From positions 1 to 52,793 of the forward strand of contig NMRA01001124.1 of the NCBI GenBank assembly GCA_002633005.1: a stretch of DNA of 52,793 bases. The letters run 5' to 3'. The translations under genes and the position numbers were made by a program. The notes under the pieces are model-generated. The model did no database searches, had not been told where the DNA came from, and was given only the letters and a program-made list of their open reading frames with translations. Position 1 is the first letter of the stretch, and each line of letters opens with the position of its first letter. Below are positions 39,301 through 48,905 of the stretch, piece after piece. Source of the DNA: Phoronis australis. Taxonomy: Eukaryota; Animalia; Phoronida.

Positions 39301-40058
39301 TTGGTTCCATCGGGCCCCTCTCTGCCAGGCTCCCAGTTGATATCAAATGAAATACAATTTCGACAACAACAGGAAAAGGCGACATATGATTGAACCCCGG
39401 ATAATATAGTTTTATTATCTAAAAATTGTCGTCTAGAATATAAAAATCATCGGTCCTCACGGTCTCATCATGCTCCCTGCACATTATTGGTAGCATGTGC
39501 ACTCACCCGCTTCCTACAGGAAAATTTTATGTTTTAAAGCATTTGTTTTGCCTATGCATTTCGAGTGCTTAGGAATTTCGTCGTGAAGGATTTCAAACGT
39601 GAGAAATTTATAATGCATTTACAAGTATCGGTGTACATAATTATGACATCCGGACTTTCAATTGCATGTATATCTGTGTACATGTTTGTGAGATACATGA
39701 ACATGTACTAAGATAAACGTCATGGTGAAGGAAAGCTGCACAATTCGAGCGCATTTTCTGCCAAATACATGTTCTATTTTCAGGACCTGTCTGCGCCAAT
39801 CGTGGATATTTTTACCAACGCAGAAAGCACCGTACATTGGCCGGACTAGACATTTCGTTTGGAGGCTGGCGCCCTCTACGCTCGCTTTTTTCCAGGCATT
39901 ATCATATGCATTCGGATTTTGTTGAACAAAACCTCGTTGCCTCCAACGGCATTGTTCACATTCTTGCAGACGATTACGAACTTTTCGACTCTTTTCTCCG
40001 CGATTTTCTTGACGTAGACTACTGGAAAAGAATGTTCAAGAACACACGGTGGTGGTAA
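9178..40058 (+). CDS. TGFBI: TGFBI/periostin-like secreted fasciclin protein (signal peptide + EMI + 4x FAS1), 15 coding exons, ~691 aa
   Basis: Hand-spliced exons 9178-9302, 10938-11048, 11394-11485, 12518-12681, 13572-13674, 19304-19392, 19990-20140, 21004-21129, 22392-22601 (or 26498-26707), 22824-22960 (or 30298-30434), 33821-33991, 37483-37566, 38104-38250, 38840-38930, 39784-40058 sum to 2076 nt. All phases are compatible and there is no internal stop. Motifs: PNVC and YECCHGY (EMI); FSILAPTDEA, FTMFLPSNAAF, FTMFLPTN.AF, YTVFAPSDHAF (FAS1 H1); ATNGIVHQVNRVL, ATNGVIHLIDDIL, ASNGIVHIL (H2). The symbol denotes family membership; 1:1 orthology to TGFBI versus POSTN is not established. Confidence 0.9.
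10351..10723 (-). mobile_element. Partial inverted copy of the TA-flanked MITE at 14467-15074
   Basis: Reverse complement aligns to ~14467-14910 and includes one TIR (...GGCGACACTTCCCTTCAACGGCCCATTA). Confidence 0.8.
10938..11048 (+). CDS. Fasciclin exon 2 (EMI start)
   Basis: tttccag| ... |gtgagt; encodes PNVCIREHLKNETVDPEERFIRTETDVAVDYRRIKT. Confidence 0.85.
11394..11485 (+). CDS. Fasciclin exon 3 (EMI end)
   Basis: tttttag| ... |gtcagc; encodes EIENGTRYTSSKIYECCHGYARKQGQKCHK. Confidence 0.88.
12518..12681 (+). CDS. Fasciclin exon 4 (FAS1-1 H1)
   Basis: ttgacag| ... |gtgtgt; encodes ...NRNFSILAPTDEAMKEFLEKEK. Confidence 0.88.
13572..13674 (+). CDS. Fasciclin exon 5
   Basis: tttctcag| ... 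|gtatga; encodes RSVLPNEKVVIIDGAISDEAAVNTNHVLKAHVIPG (FAS1 YH-type motif). Confidence 0.85.
14467..15074. mobile_element. TA-flanked MITE with internal TTACGAGCGTAA palindromic subrepeats
   Basis: TIR TGATGTTCCGTTGGGGGGAAAGTGTCGCC / GGCGACACTTTCCCCTCATCGGCCCATCA with TA on both sides; second copy at 10351-10723. Confidence 0.78.
15080..16325 (+). repeat. Tandem array of ~130-165 bp monomers arranged as a ~435-450 bp trimeric higher-order repeat
   Basis: Anchor motif GCC(C/A/T)CCTAGTGGC-like at 15106, 15256, 15415, 15544, 15689, 15849, 15996, 16140 and 16306; every third monomer is most similar. Confidence 0.85.
19304..19392 (+). CDS. Fasciclin exon 6
   Basis: Polypyrimidine tract + cccag| ... 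|gtagga; encodes IFHSYDLSYLGEVETVADNVKIRFSTTPK; phases fit both neighbours. Confidence 0.82.
19990..20140 (+). CDS. Fasciclin exon 7 (FAS1-1 H2 / FAS1-2 start)
   Basis: ttccag| ... |gtatag; encodes FLLANCVKVVRKDKQATNGIVHQVNRVLRPVESTIQQYIFRNPEFSQLKT. Confidence 0.92.
21004..21129 (+). CDS. Fasciclin exon 8 (FAS1-2 H1)
   Basis: acccag| ... |gtataa; encodes ...DMKDFTMFLPSNAAFEKLDREILESTESLT. Confidence 0.92.
22392..22601 (+). CDS. Fasciclin exon 9, copy A (FAS1-2 H2)
   Basis: ttccag| ... |gtgtgt; encodes LLKNHIVSGSLCS...LFVNGAQITLSDVVATNGVIHLIDDILVPDQ. Confidence 0.9.
22824..22960 (+). CDS. Fasciclin exon 10, copy A (FAS1-3 H1)
   Basis: ttttcag| ... |gtaagt; encodes KDILNVMQSMGYSTAVELINEAMMTDLIKQLRNFTMFLPTNRAFR. 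Confidence 0.88.
26498..26707 (+). CDS. Fasciclin exon 9, copy B (second haplotype or duplicate)
   Basis: Near-identical to 22392-22601 (S>T, K>R, 2 synonymous changes); splice sites intact. Confidence 0.8.
26834..27254. mobile_element. MITE with ~37-bp TIRs
   Basis: CGGTTGCGTGAAACAGTCCCAAATAGGGACTCAACTA versus TAGTTGAGTCCCTATTTGGGACTGTTTCATGCATCCG. Confidence 0.78.
30298..30434 (+). CDS. Fasciclin exon 10, copy B (second haplotype or duplicate)
   Basis: Near-identical to 22824-22960 (N>S, G>D, R>G, 3 synonymous changes); splice sites intact. Confidence 0.8.
31873..32882. mobile_element. Polymorphic CA...TG element with 5-bp TSD (spans an assembly gap)
   Basis: CAGTGGCGGATCTAGG...CCTAAATCGGCCTATG flanked by GTATT (31868-31872, 32883-32887); empty site with a single GTATT in copy A at 24356-24360. 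Confidence 0.8.
33821..33991 (+). CDS. Fasciclin exon 11
   Basis: gaag| ... |gtaagt; encodes AYFRRHGQSNPDALRNLLLYHVVVP...IDLRVYREFGI (LLLYHV is a FAS1 hallmark). Confidence 0.88.
34476..34724. mobile_element. TA-flanked MITE inserted into the TIR of the ISL2EU-like element
   Basis: GGGCCTGTTCCAAGAAACTGACTTA / TAAGTCAGTTTTGTTGGAACGGGTCCC; TA on both sides. Confidence 0.75.
35516..35667. mobile_element. Short MITE with 5-bp TSD
   Basis: CAGTGGCGGATTTAG...CTGGATCACCCCTG flanked by GAACA (35511-35515, 35668-35672). Confidence 0.8.
37483..37566 (+). CDS. Fasciclin exon 12 (divergent FAS1-3 H2)
   Basis: gtttag| ... |gtattt; encodes KRLQLQCNVRGSAEERKVLGGNFYPINQ, phase 0-0. An alternative in-frame acceptor lies at ctgcag 12 nt downstream. 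Confidence 0.72.
38104..38250 (+). CDS. Fasciclin exon 13 (FAS1-4 H1)
   Basis: atttag| ... |gtgagt; encodes VLEIPDQSLLEVLRSRDDLAIFTRLLERSEVPEIIEKGGNYTVFAPSDH. Confidence 0.92.
38840..38930 (+). CDS. Fasciclin exon 14
   Basis: ttttag| ... |gtgagt; encodes AFDRLSHDSIDEMFPDDKELNEFVKAHFIEG. Confidence 0.9.
39069..39339 (+). repeat. 39-bp minisatellite, 7 copies, in fasciclin intron 14
   Basis: Unit GGTACCATCGGGTCCCTCTCTGTCAAGTTCCCAATTGTT at 39069, 39108, 39147, 39186, 39225, 39264 and 39303. Confidence 0.95.
39784..40058 (+). CDS. Fasciclin exon 15 (FAS1-4 H2 and stop)
   Basis: ttttcag|; encodes PVCANRGY...NLVASNGIVHILADDYELFDSFLRDFLDVDYWKRMFKNTRWW*. Confidence 0.88.
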
Positions 40059-40448
40059 TTGACAACCCTCAAGTAAATAAAATCCGGCATCTGTTTGCTT
40101 TCTGACATTGCAAGAAAGGGGATTACAAAAAGAAACTATGTTATTAGCTATTATTTTTCTTGCGGAATTTGTTTGGTGTCAGCTATAAATATTTAACTCA
40201 AGGTCACATAGACAGCATGCCGTTTTTAGACCTTAGTGGACACATTTTTTATCGAAGATTGCGGCACTCTTATATGGATCCAGTGGGCCATACACGCGAG
40301 TTCTGTGTGGCGGCTCGTATTTGTGTAAAATCCACGTAAGCGACATATTTTCCTATACGAGAATTGTGTTCAGTTGTTCAGTAACGTTGGAAATGTATGT
40401 ATTGAGAAATGGTAATTTGCCTAGTCACCCACACTTATTAATTTCTTT

Positions 40449-40454
40449 AATAAA
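40449..40454 (+). terminator. Candidate polyadenylation signal of the fasciclin gene
   Basis: AATAAA ~390 nt after the stop codon; another AATAAA at 40076-40081. No transcript evidence. Confidence 0.35.
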
Positions 40455-41025
40455 AATGTAATTTATAGCATGATGCACTCAATGGATCAGTCGATTTTAA
40501 ATGTTAACAGTGATCCGATCTGTCTGCTTTTCAGAAGAAATTAGAAGGTGTAGTTTTTGTTAGTCATTTTTCTTTACACAGTAGCAGGGTAACGAGATGA
40601 TTTTGTTTTTGTACACACCTTTATGTGGCCCCGTAACTCTTTTGGCATTCCACTACTTCAACAGTTATTGGCTAAAGTTAGGTGAAATTGCTTTGGAACA
40701 CAAGCCATATCTGAAACGTGAAAATGGATTCTGTGAACAACGTAATGAATACCAGTTTGTACTTGATTTTATATACATATACATACATATAGGCTTATAT
40801 ATGTTAAAATGACGTGTGTCGCGACTGGAAAAAATTAGACAATGCAGAAACTGGAAATTTACCTAAACATCATTCAAGAAAGAATGGACTCACCGGAAAC
40901 ATCAAGTAGTTTTAGTATCTCTGTAGCGAAGGATCTTAAAGTTGAGTCTCCGATGAGTTGCCAGTAGTCACTGGTACGGTGCGCGGCTTTAGACTCTCTA
41001 CGGCTGGGTTTAAGATCTTCTCTGT

Positions 41026-43581
41026 AATTGTTACAATTTACGTCGAATGCACGTGCGAGAAATGTATCATTGTTACATTTTACGAAAGCGACGTCATGTT
41101 TCACGAGTTTGCATGGTATTTGTCAAACGGAGGAAAACCGTTCACACACTTTAACGCCTTTTTCTCGGGTTGTATGAATGAAATTCTATCAAATGTGCCA
41201 GGTCAAATTTATAGATTTGTCCGTTATGTGCTTTCTATGTTTTTTAAACATGAGTAGTTTTATGGTATGGTCAAAAATGTAGACAGCGTACAGTTTCAAC
41301 TCCACACAAACGGAGTTCCCAGGACCAGTTTAACAAGTCATTTTATTGTTAAAGCGTTCTTACAATCTTTTGTTGACGCTCAGGTCGTATCCGGCATTAC
41401 AGTAAACACACTTTCCTTGGTAAGCACAACAATGGCATCGTATTTGGCCAATATTTATCGTATTTCTTCGGGAACAAACGACAACAATAAAAATTTTCAT
41501 GTAGAATTCAATTTCGGAAGCCAATTTGATAGAAAAAACAAAATCACTAGGTTTAGTCCACGATAGTTTGGTTTATTTCAGCCAGTGAGTATTTTATTGC
41601 CTTGGAGTCATTGCTAATGCAGTAACTGACCGGCTCCATACAAAAGGAGCAAAACCAAAGCTTCTGATGCGGATGGGTTATGCTTACCACCTTAGTTACG
41701 AATGACAATTTCTTAACATTGTAGTGGAAGGAAATGAAAACACGCATTAATTTTCCGGCAGGTTGAAAAATTTTGCCAAAGCAAAAGCAAAGTATCGCCT
41801 CATTTGAGAAGGGCGAGCCAATAGGTTAAAAAAGTGGCGGCATAGTAATGTGTTTTATACAGCTTAAAACCAGAAAGAAATATCATTGTTCCTATCAGTT
41901 ATATCAAACCTGTCTGAAATAGTGGTGGTAACCGTGACATGTATACTGGGGAAATAGAAAATATTTTGCACTCGGAAAGAACATGATCATTTTGCTCAAA
42001 CCTGGTCTAGGTCGATAGTTTAAAGGGGCAATAGTCCAAAAAAGCTGACTGTCAGCCTTTCGGACTGTAAAAGCATGCACTTTCTCTTTCTACTATTTTT
42101 TAAGATAAAATATGAATTAAACTTGCTATTTGGTTAATGCACGTTAATTCGAAGTACATATAAATAAAGACAGATTGGACATTCTGTTATTAATGGACGT
42201 GAAGTCACGTGTCCCATGAGGTGCCATTTTTGTGTTACAGCTCGCAGATAAGGGAATTAAGGTACATTAACCCTATTGATACATTGCATTAAAAGCTTAT
42301 ATTAAACACTGTTGATTTCAACGTTGGCCGTTTTTGTTTCATACAATCCATGGGCGGCGCAGCACTGAAAAAGCGGGTCTATATCCCCACACTGAAAAAG
42401 TGGGTCTATAGCCCCCTCAGACCCCTATTATGCGCCGCCCATGGTCTAGGGCCAGTGCACCACAATGATGGCGTCTAGGGAACTATAGCCTCAAACTTTT
42501 TTCAGTGCTGCGCCGCCTACGCGGCCACTTTTACTGAAACCTATTTCATATTATTCTGTTAAACTGTGTTTTTCATATTGGCACCCGTTCCACATAAAAA
42601 TGTTGCGTGTCCTTTTGTATGTCTATTACCAGCAGCCGATTAGTCGTTAGTTGTCGAAAAATGTCTGCCTCCAGAATTCAACTTAACGCTATTTTGAACT
42701 TACACATCATCGTGGAACGAGTCACAGTTCTTTAAAAAAATGCATTGTTTTCAAGAAGATACACAGTGGGTATCCTCACGTTTGGATGTAAGTCGAAAGG
42801 TTACAGTCTGAATTCAGTTCCTCGTGGCAAACTACAGAAGGGTTATATTGTCAAACAATACCGTGCTTGCCGATAGTTCAGAAATTTTTAAGTTGGCGCA
42901 TGTGTTAACAAGATTTTAAATCTCAACCTCCTCGTTTCCAAAAAGTAGACCTACTCTGCATCCACAGGTGTCAAGACTTTTCTCTCATAACGTTACGGCT
43001 GAACTTAGGAATCTCTTTGAAATCCTTTCGAAATAGCACTGAGTGCCCGGCGACAACATTGAACCATAAAAATCTTTGAGGACCATGATGTATTAGCATA
43101 TTAATGAACATGTATTGTGTATATTGCACGGTGTCCTTGTTAAATAAATTAAAAAATATTAATGATAATAACTATAGCAAATAACGACAACGATAACGAG
43201 TAATAGTAGTGAAAGTAATAATTATAGTAATAGCAATAATAGTAGTAATAGTAATGTAATAGTAATAAAAATGATAATGGGTAGCCCCATATTCATGCCC
43301 TGTCAGTCCGAAGAGGTATACGAAAAGTGCCGCCCAAAAGGGTGTTTTTCACAGCAAAAATACTCTCCAAAAGGGTGCCTTTTCTGAATTTCTGGAACAG
43401 AACTGTGCAAAAATGTGAATTTTTACACAAAATTACTCTCTAAATGGGCCGCTTTTTGTCCGAGCCTACTCTCTAAATGTGTAAGTGTGACAATTGCGTA
43501 AAATGTAACAATCTGCTACATTTTAGGAGGCTTATCGACGTAAAAATTAATATAACATTTATTATATGTTTCGGCCTATCA
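41026..43581 (+). mobile_element. Second, 5'-truncated diverged copy of the 6-bp-TSD element
   Basis: Colinear with ~16410-19111 over ~2.5 kb, including the AAT/AGT-rich tract; ends ...CGGCCTATCA. Confidence 0.88.
42349..42521. mobile_element. Small TIR element present only in the second copy of the long element
   Basis: CATGGGCGGCGCAGCACTGAAAAA / TTTTTCAGTGCTGCGCCGCCTACG; absent at the homologous site ~17760; related element at 50755-50893. Confidence 0.78.
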
Positions 43582-44010
43582 GAGCATACAACTGTACTAC
43601 ATGTACATGTAGGTACAAAGCAGTACGATTAACAGCAGGCAGCTATAGTTGCGTCGCCCTGAACCTTGAGAAAGTGAACACAAAAAGAACAGGAAAAAGC
43701 TATAAACTTATCGATTAGTTTTTCAAGAAGGCAAAAGTCGAGTCCCAAGATCTTGAGACTGTTTTAAGCAGTTCTTAGCATGCATGCTCCACTTCTAGAG
43801 CCGTTGTCAACAACGTCAAGCCAAAGATTTTATAGTTACCTAAGTGGGATATAGTATCTTTGGTCAAGCGCAAAATGGGCGATGCAGAATCGGGAGAGAA
43901 TTCATCAGCTAAAACAAACAAACAACTCTCGCTCGTCTGTAACAGCCAACAGTTCCTCAAAGCCGTGAGCAGACGACAAAGTTGACAAGGTTACCACAAA
44001 TGTAAAATCG

Positions 44011-44266
44011 CTTAGTGATGAAAACCGCTACCATATCTTACGAAGAATCACATCGATCCTGATGACAACTCCGTGTTTGGCAGTAGTTTCAGGGATGAGT
44101 GCAAACGATCTTTTCAGCGAAAATATATTCTAGATTTTGAAAATCGCGTCAACTTTACCAGTCACAAATGAGAGCGAAGCGCGAATGCGCTGCGGAAACT
44201 AAATTTACAACCACATGAGAACGATAATGAATTAGAGTCGGCTATCCACGCTTGCAGTAGCAAGTT
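44011..44266 (+). pseudogene. Internally deleted hAT transposase remnant
   Basis: Frameshifted translation LSDENRYHIL..NHIDPDDNSVFGSSFRDECKRSFQRKYI resembles the region preceding the TTF-type zinc finger of hAT/ZMYM1-like transposases. It is joined to LKIASTLPVT..ESE..ALRKL..MRTIMN*SRLSTLA, matching the hAT C-terminal dimerisation motif. Confidence 0.65.
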
Positions 44267-44728
44267 AAGGTTACATGTACATGTATGTCAAACCTTACCA
44301 ACCGGTCTGTAAATTTAGCTGAATAACTGATATTTTGTAGCCAATGAGCTTGCGACATCGTTTTTGAGTTGAAAGAATGACTCGAAGAAAGAGGAAAATT
44401 GCAAATGTCTTTGTGGAAGAGGACGTGTTATGCTGTTTTGATTTTGACATCTATGACGACTTTTCCTCAACCGTACATGTAAATGTATTTGCGTGCCCTA
44501 TAGGCCTAAAAGTTGCACAAGTAAAGTGCGGAGACTGGTCGCTCGGCAGAAATGGAAGATACATATATGATTATAAATTAGGGTTATTTAACTGTTTATG
44601 AGCAAAATGTCACATAAATATATTTGATACGGCAGCTGCGAACAAAATTTCGTTTTTTTAAATAGAATCTGTGGGGCTAGGAGAAGGCCAGTGGTAGCGC
44701 TGTACGCACTGTGAAATTTGCACCTATC

Positions 44729-44934
44729 ACAATAAAATCACGTCATATTGCTACACCAGCACACAATAAAATCACGTCATATTGCTACACCAGCACACAA
44801 TAAAATCACGTCATATTGCTACACCAGCACACAATAAAATCACGTCATATTGCTACACCAGCACACAATAAAATCACGTCATATTGCTACACCAGCACAC
44901 AATAAAATCACGTCATATTGCTACACCAGCACAC
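44729..44934 (+). repeat. 34-bp minisatellite, 6 identical copies
   Basis: Unit ACAATAAAATCACGTCATATTGCTACACCAGCAC at 44729, 44763, 44797, 44831, 44865 and 44899. Confidence 0.97.
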
Positions 44935-45943
44935 TCAAAAATAAACGCATTGGGGTTCGACACAATTTGCCAAAAAGCTGCAAGAAAGTTTTTGTTTTGC
45001 GACATTAACGAACTTATATGATATTCGATGCGATTTTTGTTTAAAAGCATACTATAATTAGTATTTAGTTTGAAAACTGTTGATTTTGTTTTGTGTTTTT
45101 GTTCTTTTGGCATTAAATACTTTGATAATAAATCGCGTCATCAAATGTCAGAATGTCGTCATTCTAAACATAGTCAATAGGCAAACCCAAGCGTAAGCAT
45201 TAGATAGGACTTAAAGTCCTTGTCTCACGCGTTTTTAACCCTTATTACATGGTTAGAAGATGTTATAAGGATCCAAGAAGTACCTACCCCATAACTTATA
45301 CACGATCCGTACTCGAAAACAGTTTAAATGAACGCGCCACTCACGATTCGCACCCGAAGAAACACCGCCATTTTGAACTTGCCGCGAACCCGGAAGTACA
45401 ATTCATTCAGGAACCCAACCCGAGAAAACGCCGTCAGTGCGACTGGAGCAGTGCCTGTACTGTTACCAGCCAGCAAACGGGGATACAAAAATCGACAGCG
45501 CGCCTTAATTTTGATAAAATCAAACTACGGACAATTTTATGGAATTTGCTGAAGAAATGTGGCGAATGAATTTTGATAGAAATTATTTTGCCAGACTCGG
45601 GACCGCAGCCTATCGGACCCGGTGCGGATCGAGACCAGACACTGGCGAACGGTAAATGCATGCGGTTGCAAGCTGTTTTGTCGAAGTAAAATGGTCAAAT
45701 GATAAATGCTGCATATATTTAAAGGTAGTTTCAGACACTTGCATGAAATTACGGGCTGGTTAGTCCTGTGTCACACTGCTGGCCACAAACACAAAAAACA
45801 CGAAAATTGAACAAAGTTTCTTTTTTATAGCAACGTTTGTCAAAATGTATCAACGTTAAATCTTCACAAATTACAAAGTAGCCGATTGAACATGCCTTTC
45901 AGTTCAGCAAAAGTCGACATTGTAGGTGCCGCCAGAAATGAGA

Positions 45944-46881
45944 NNNNNNNNNNNNNNNNNNNNNNNNNNNNNNNNNNNNNNNNNNNNNNNNNNNNNNNNN
46001 NNNNNNNNNNNNNNNNNNNNNNNNNNNNNNNNNNNNNNNNNNNNNNNNNNNNNNNNNNNNNNNNNNNNNNNNNNNNNNNNNNNNNNNNNNNNNNNNNNNN
46101 NNNNNNNNNNNNNNNNNNNNNNNNNNNNNNNNNNNNNNNNNNNNNNNNNNNNNNNNNNNNNNNNNNNNNNNNNNNNNNNNNNNNNNNNNNNNNNNNNNNN
46201 NNNNNNNNNNNNNNNNNNNNNNNNNNNNNNNNNNNNNNNNNNNNNNNNNNNNNNNNNNNNNNNNNNNNNNNNNNNNNNNNNNNNNNNNNNNNNNNNNNNN
46301 NNNNNNNNNNNNNNNNNNNNNNNNNNNNNNNNNNNNNNNNNNNNNNNNNNNNNNNNNNNNNNNNNNNNNNNNNNNNNNNNNNNNNNNNNNNNNNNNNNNN
46401 NNNNNNNNNNNNNNNNNNNNNNNNNNNNNNNNNNNNNNNNNNNNNNNNNNNNNNNNNNNNNNNNNNNNNNNNNNNNNNNNNNNNNNNNNNNNNNNNNNNN
46501 NNNNNNNNNNNNNNNNNNNNNNNNNNNNNNNNNNNNNNNNNNNNNNNNNNNNNNNNNNNNNNNNNNNNNNNNNNNNNNNNNNNNNNNNNNNNNNNNNNNN
46601 NNNNNNNNNNNNNNNNNNNNNNNNNNNNNNNNNNNNNNNNNNNNNNNNNNNNNNNNNNNNNNNNNNNNNNNNNNNNNNNNNNNNNNNNNNNNNNNNNNNN
46701 NNNNNNNNNNNNNNNNNNNNNNNNNNNNNNNNNNNNNNNNNNNNNNNNNNNNNNNNNNNNNNNNNNNNNNNNNNNNNNNNNNNNNNNNNNNNNNNNNNNN
46801 NNNNNNNNNNNNNNNNNNNNNNNNNNNNNNNNNNNNNNNNNNNNNNNNNNNNNNNNNNNNNNNNNNNNNNNNNNNNNNNNN
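45944..46881. other. Assembly gap (N run); other gaps at 25151 and 32776-32854
   Basis: Run of N characters. Confidence 1.
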
Positions 46882-46931
<50 letters not shown>

Positions 46932-46938
46932 GTGGTGG

Positions 46939-46974
<36 letters not shown>

Positions 46975-47004
46975 GGATGAGGATGATGAGGATGATGGGG
47001 ATGA
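46882..47004 (+). repeat. (GAT)n microsatellite abutting the gap
   Basis: TGATGATGA... with GGT/GAG interruptions. Confidence 0.97.
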
Positions 47005-47409
47005 CAAAATCAATAACAATATATATTAGTATGTAATGGGCATCGCCTGTACGTTATACATATTCAATAGACAGTATGACATCACTTCGTCTTTCAATTC
47101 CGTTTTTTTTATAAATATACTGAGCAAGCCGCAACCCGCTTAATCACACTGGGATTATTGTTTTTGAAATAATAGTCTCGCTGTATGAGTACATGTACCA
47201 GCTTGGTACATTATAATTCAAGCGACAAGCTTACTCTGATTCAATGCTAAATGAAAACTGTGTCGAATCCTCTTAATCAAGTTTTAAACCTGGCGTGTTT
47301 TGATAGGGAAATTTTTCTCACTCGAATCTCGTTGATGTTCATTTACGTTAACACCTGCTCCTTACCTTTGTCATAATTCATTTATTCACAATGTGCCATT
47401 AAAACAGCT

Positions 47410-48905
47410 ATGGCACGCCTCGGAAGCACTAGGACCCGTTGTCGCGTTGTCAAGAGTGTATTCATAGCCCTGTGCGTGTCCTGGATAATATACAAAACCG
47501 TCCTATTAACACCTACATCTACTCAAATGGGAACTGAAAAAAGGCATATTGCTCCTCGGATGGACGAAACACTGATGGTTAAGGAAAGTGCAAATATGGC
47601 GGCGACGGCAAGCATGAAGCAACGAGAGCCAAGGCATAATTTAGTATTTGTGAAAACCCATAAAACAGGATCGTCAACAATGAATTCGATTATTAACAGG
47701 TGAGCCTTGAAGTGAACAGGCTGAATTCTTGAAAAAATTGTTGTCAGTTTAACTGTAATCTTCACGCCAGGCTCCTATTAAATATAAGTGTTTCACTCAA
47801 CCGGAAAGGGTGATTTGTGATAAGTCGTAACTTAACGCTTGTGAAATTGAAGACTTTCAGAACAATCACGACGCTTTGCAAAAGCTTTGTTTTCTTTATC
47901 TTGCAGATTAAAAGTGCGTAAGTCTATGCAGCATTTCTTCTTGCTTTGGTATTTTTATTTCGTTCGGGTGGCATTTTTCTTTTCAACAGGTACGGAACGA
48001 CACGGAATCTCACATTTTTAATTGGTGCTAATAGCATGCACATGGGTTATCCGAAGAGACTACAGACAAGAGACCTTCTAAAGCTACAGCTGAATAAAAC
48101 CCAAACGAAAGAGTACAACCTGGTTTGTAACCACCATCGATTTAATTACATTGTGTTCAAAAACATTATGCCGAAGGACACACTTTATGTGACTATCATT
48201 CGCGATCCTGCATCGAGATTTCGCTCTGAACTCAAGTATTTCCACCATACATGTGGTTACGGAAACCCTGGATGTTTAGGGTTAAATTCAAGCACCGATG
48301 TCGACCTGGCTGAACAATTTGTGCACGACATTGAACGTTACAAGTCTCGACGCATGCGTAAACAGAAGATGTGCGGATCTTGGCCATGTCTACACGATCG
48401 TACTTTGTTTGACTTAGGGCTAGACGAATTTCAAGTAGAGAACCGAGAATTGACGAAAGCGAAAATAGAAGAATTCGAAAAAATATTCAGTCTTGTGATG
48501 ATCACCGATCTGTTTGACGAATCGCTGATTCTATTCAAAGATTTGATGGGTTGGGAAATGGAGGACGTCGTGTACTTTAAGAAGAGGTATAAGCAGTTTC
48601 TGCATGTGAACTTTACTATGCAAGAAAAAACAAAGATGGCGATACGGCAATGGCATGCTGCCGACACATTCCTGTGGAATCATTTCCGAAAAATTTTGAT
48701 GAAGAAAATTGTAAATTTTGGAATAGATCGTATGAACTCTGAACTCCGTGAGCTAGGACAGTTAAACCAAAAATGGATAAAGATATGTAAAACTGGACGA
48801 AAAAAACACCGACCCGCCAGGTGTCGCTTAATGAAGCGCTTGCCACCGGTATATTACGAACATCAAAGGAGACAATATCAATCAATCATAAGCCAGAAAG
48901 TTTGA
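47410..48905 (+). CDS. GAL3ST: Galactose-3-O-sulfotransferase family protein (galactosylceramide sulfotransferase-like), 2 exons: 47410-47699 and 47990-48905, ~401 aa
   Basis: N-terminal type II membrane anchor (VVKSVFIALCVSWIIY). 5'-PSB motif NLVFVKTHKTGSSTMNSIINR|YG, then CNHHRFN, YVTIIRDP...F.S..YF (3'-PB), FSLVMITDLFDESLILFKDLMGW...DVVYFK and W..AD..LWNHF. Phase-2 GT-AG intron at 47700-47989. The symbol is family-level. Confidence 0.93.

Noticed and set aside
39069-39339. 39-bp repeats as a CRISPR array or repeat-protein gene
   Set aside because: No spacers. The array lies in an intron, and the flanking exons join in frame without it.
40958-41566. Two 99-aa ORFs inside the repeated 2.5-kb element
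   Set aside because: The reading frames are not preserved in the other copy (16410-16950), and there are no transposase motifs.
44729-44934. 34-bp repeats as a CRISPR array
   Set aside because: Head-to-tail units without spacers, no cas genes, eukaryotic context.
45719-45943. TTAA-AGG start resembling a Kolobok-type terminus
   Set aside because: The partner end is not visible (it would lie in or beyond the gap), so it cannot be supported.
45886-47029. Long ORFs of 332-371 aa with poly-D or poly-S
   Set aside because: Artefacts of the N gap plus the (GAT)n microsatellite.
47693-47992. AACAGGT repeated at both GAL3ST intron junctions as evidence of recent intron gain
   Set aside because: CAG|GT is simply the splice consensus at both ends, and there are no TIRs in the intron.
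48431-48885. Antisense ORFs over the sulfotransferase exon
   Set aside because: Shadow ORFs of the real + strand CDS.
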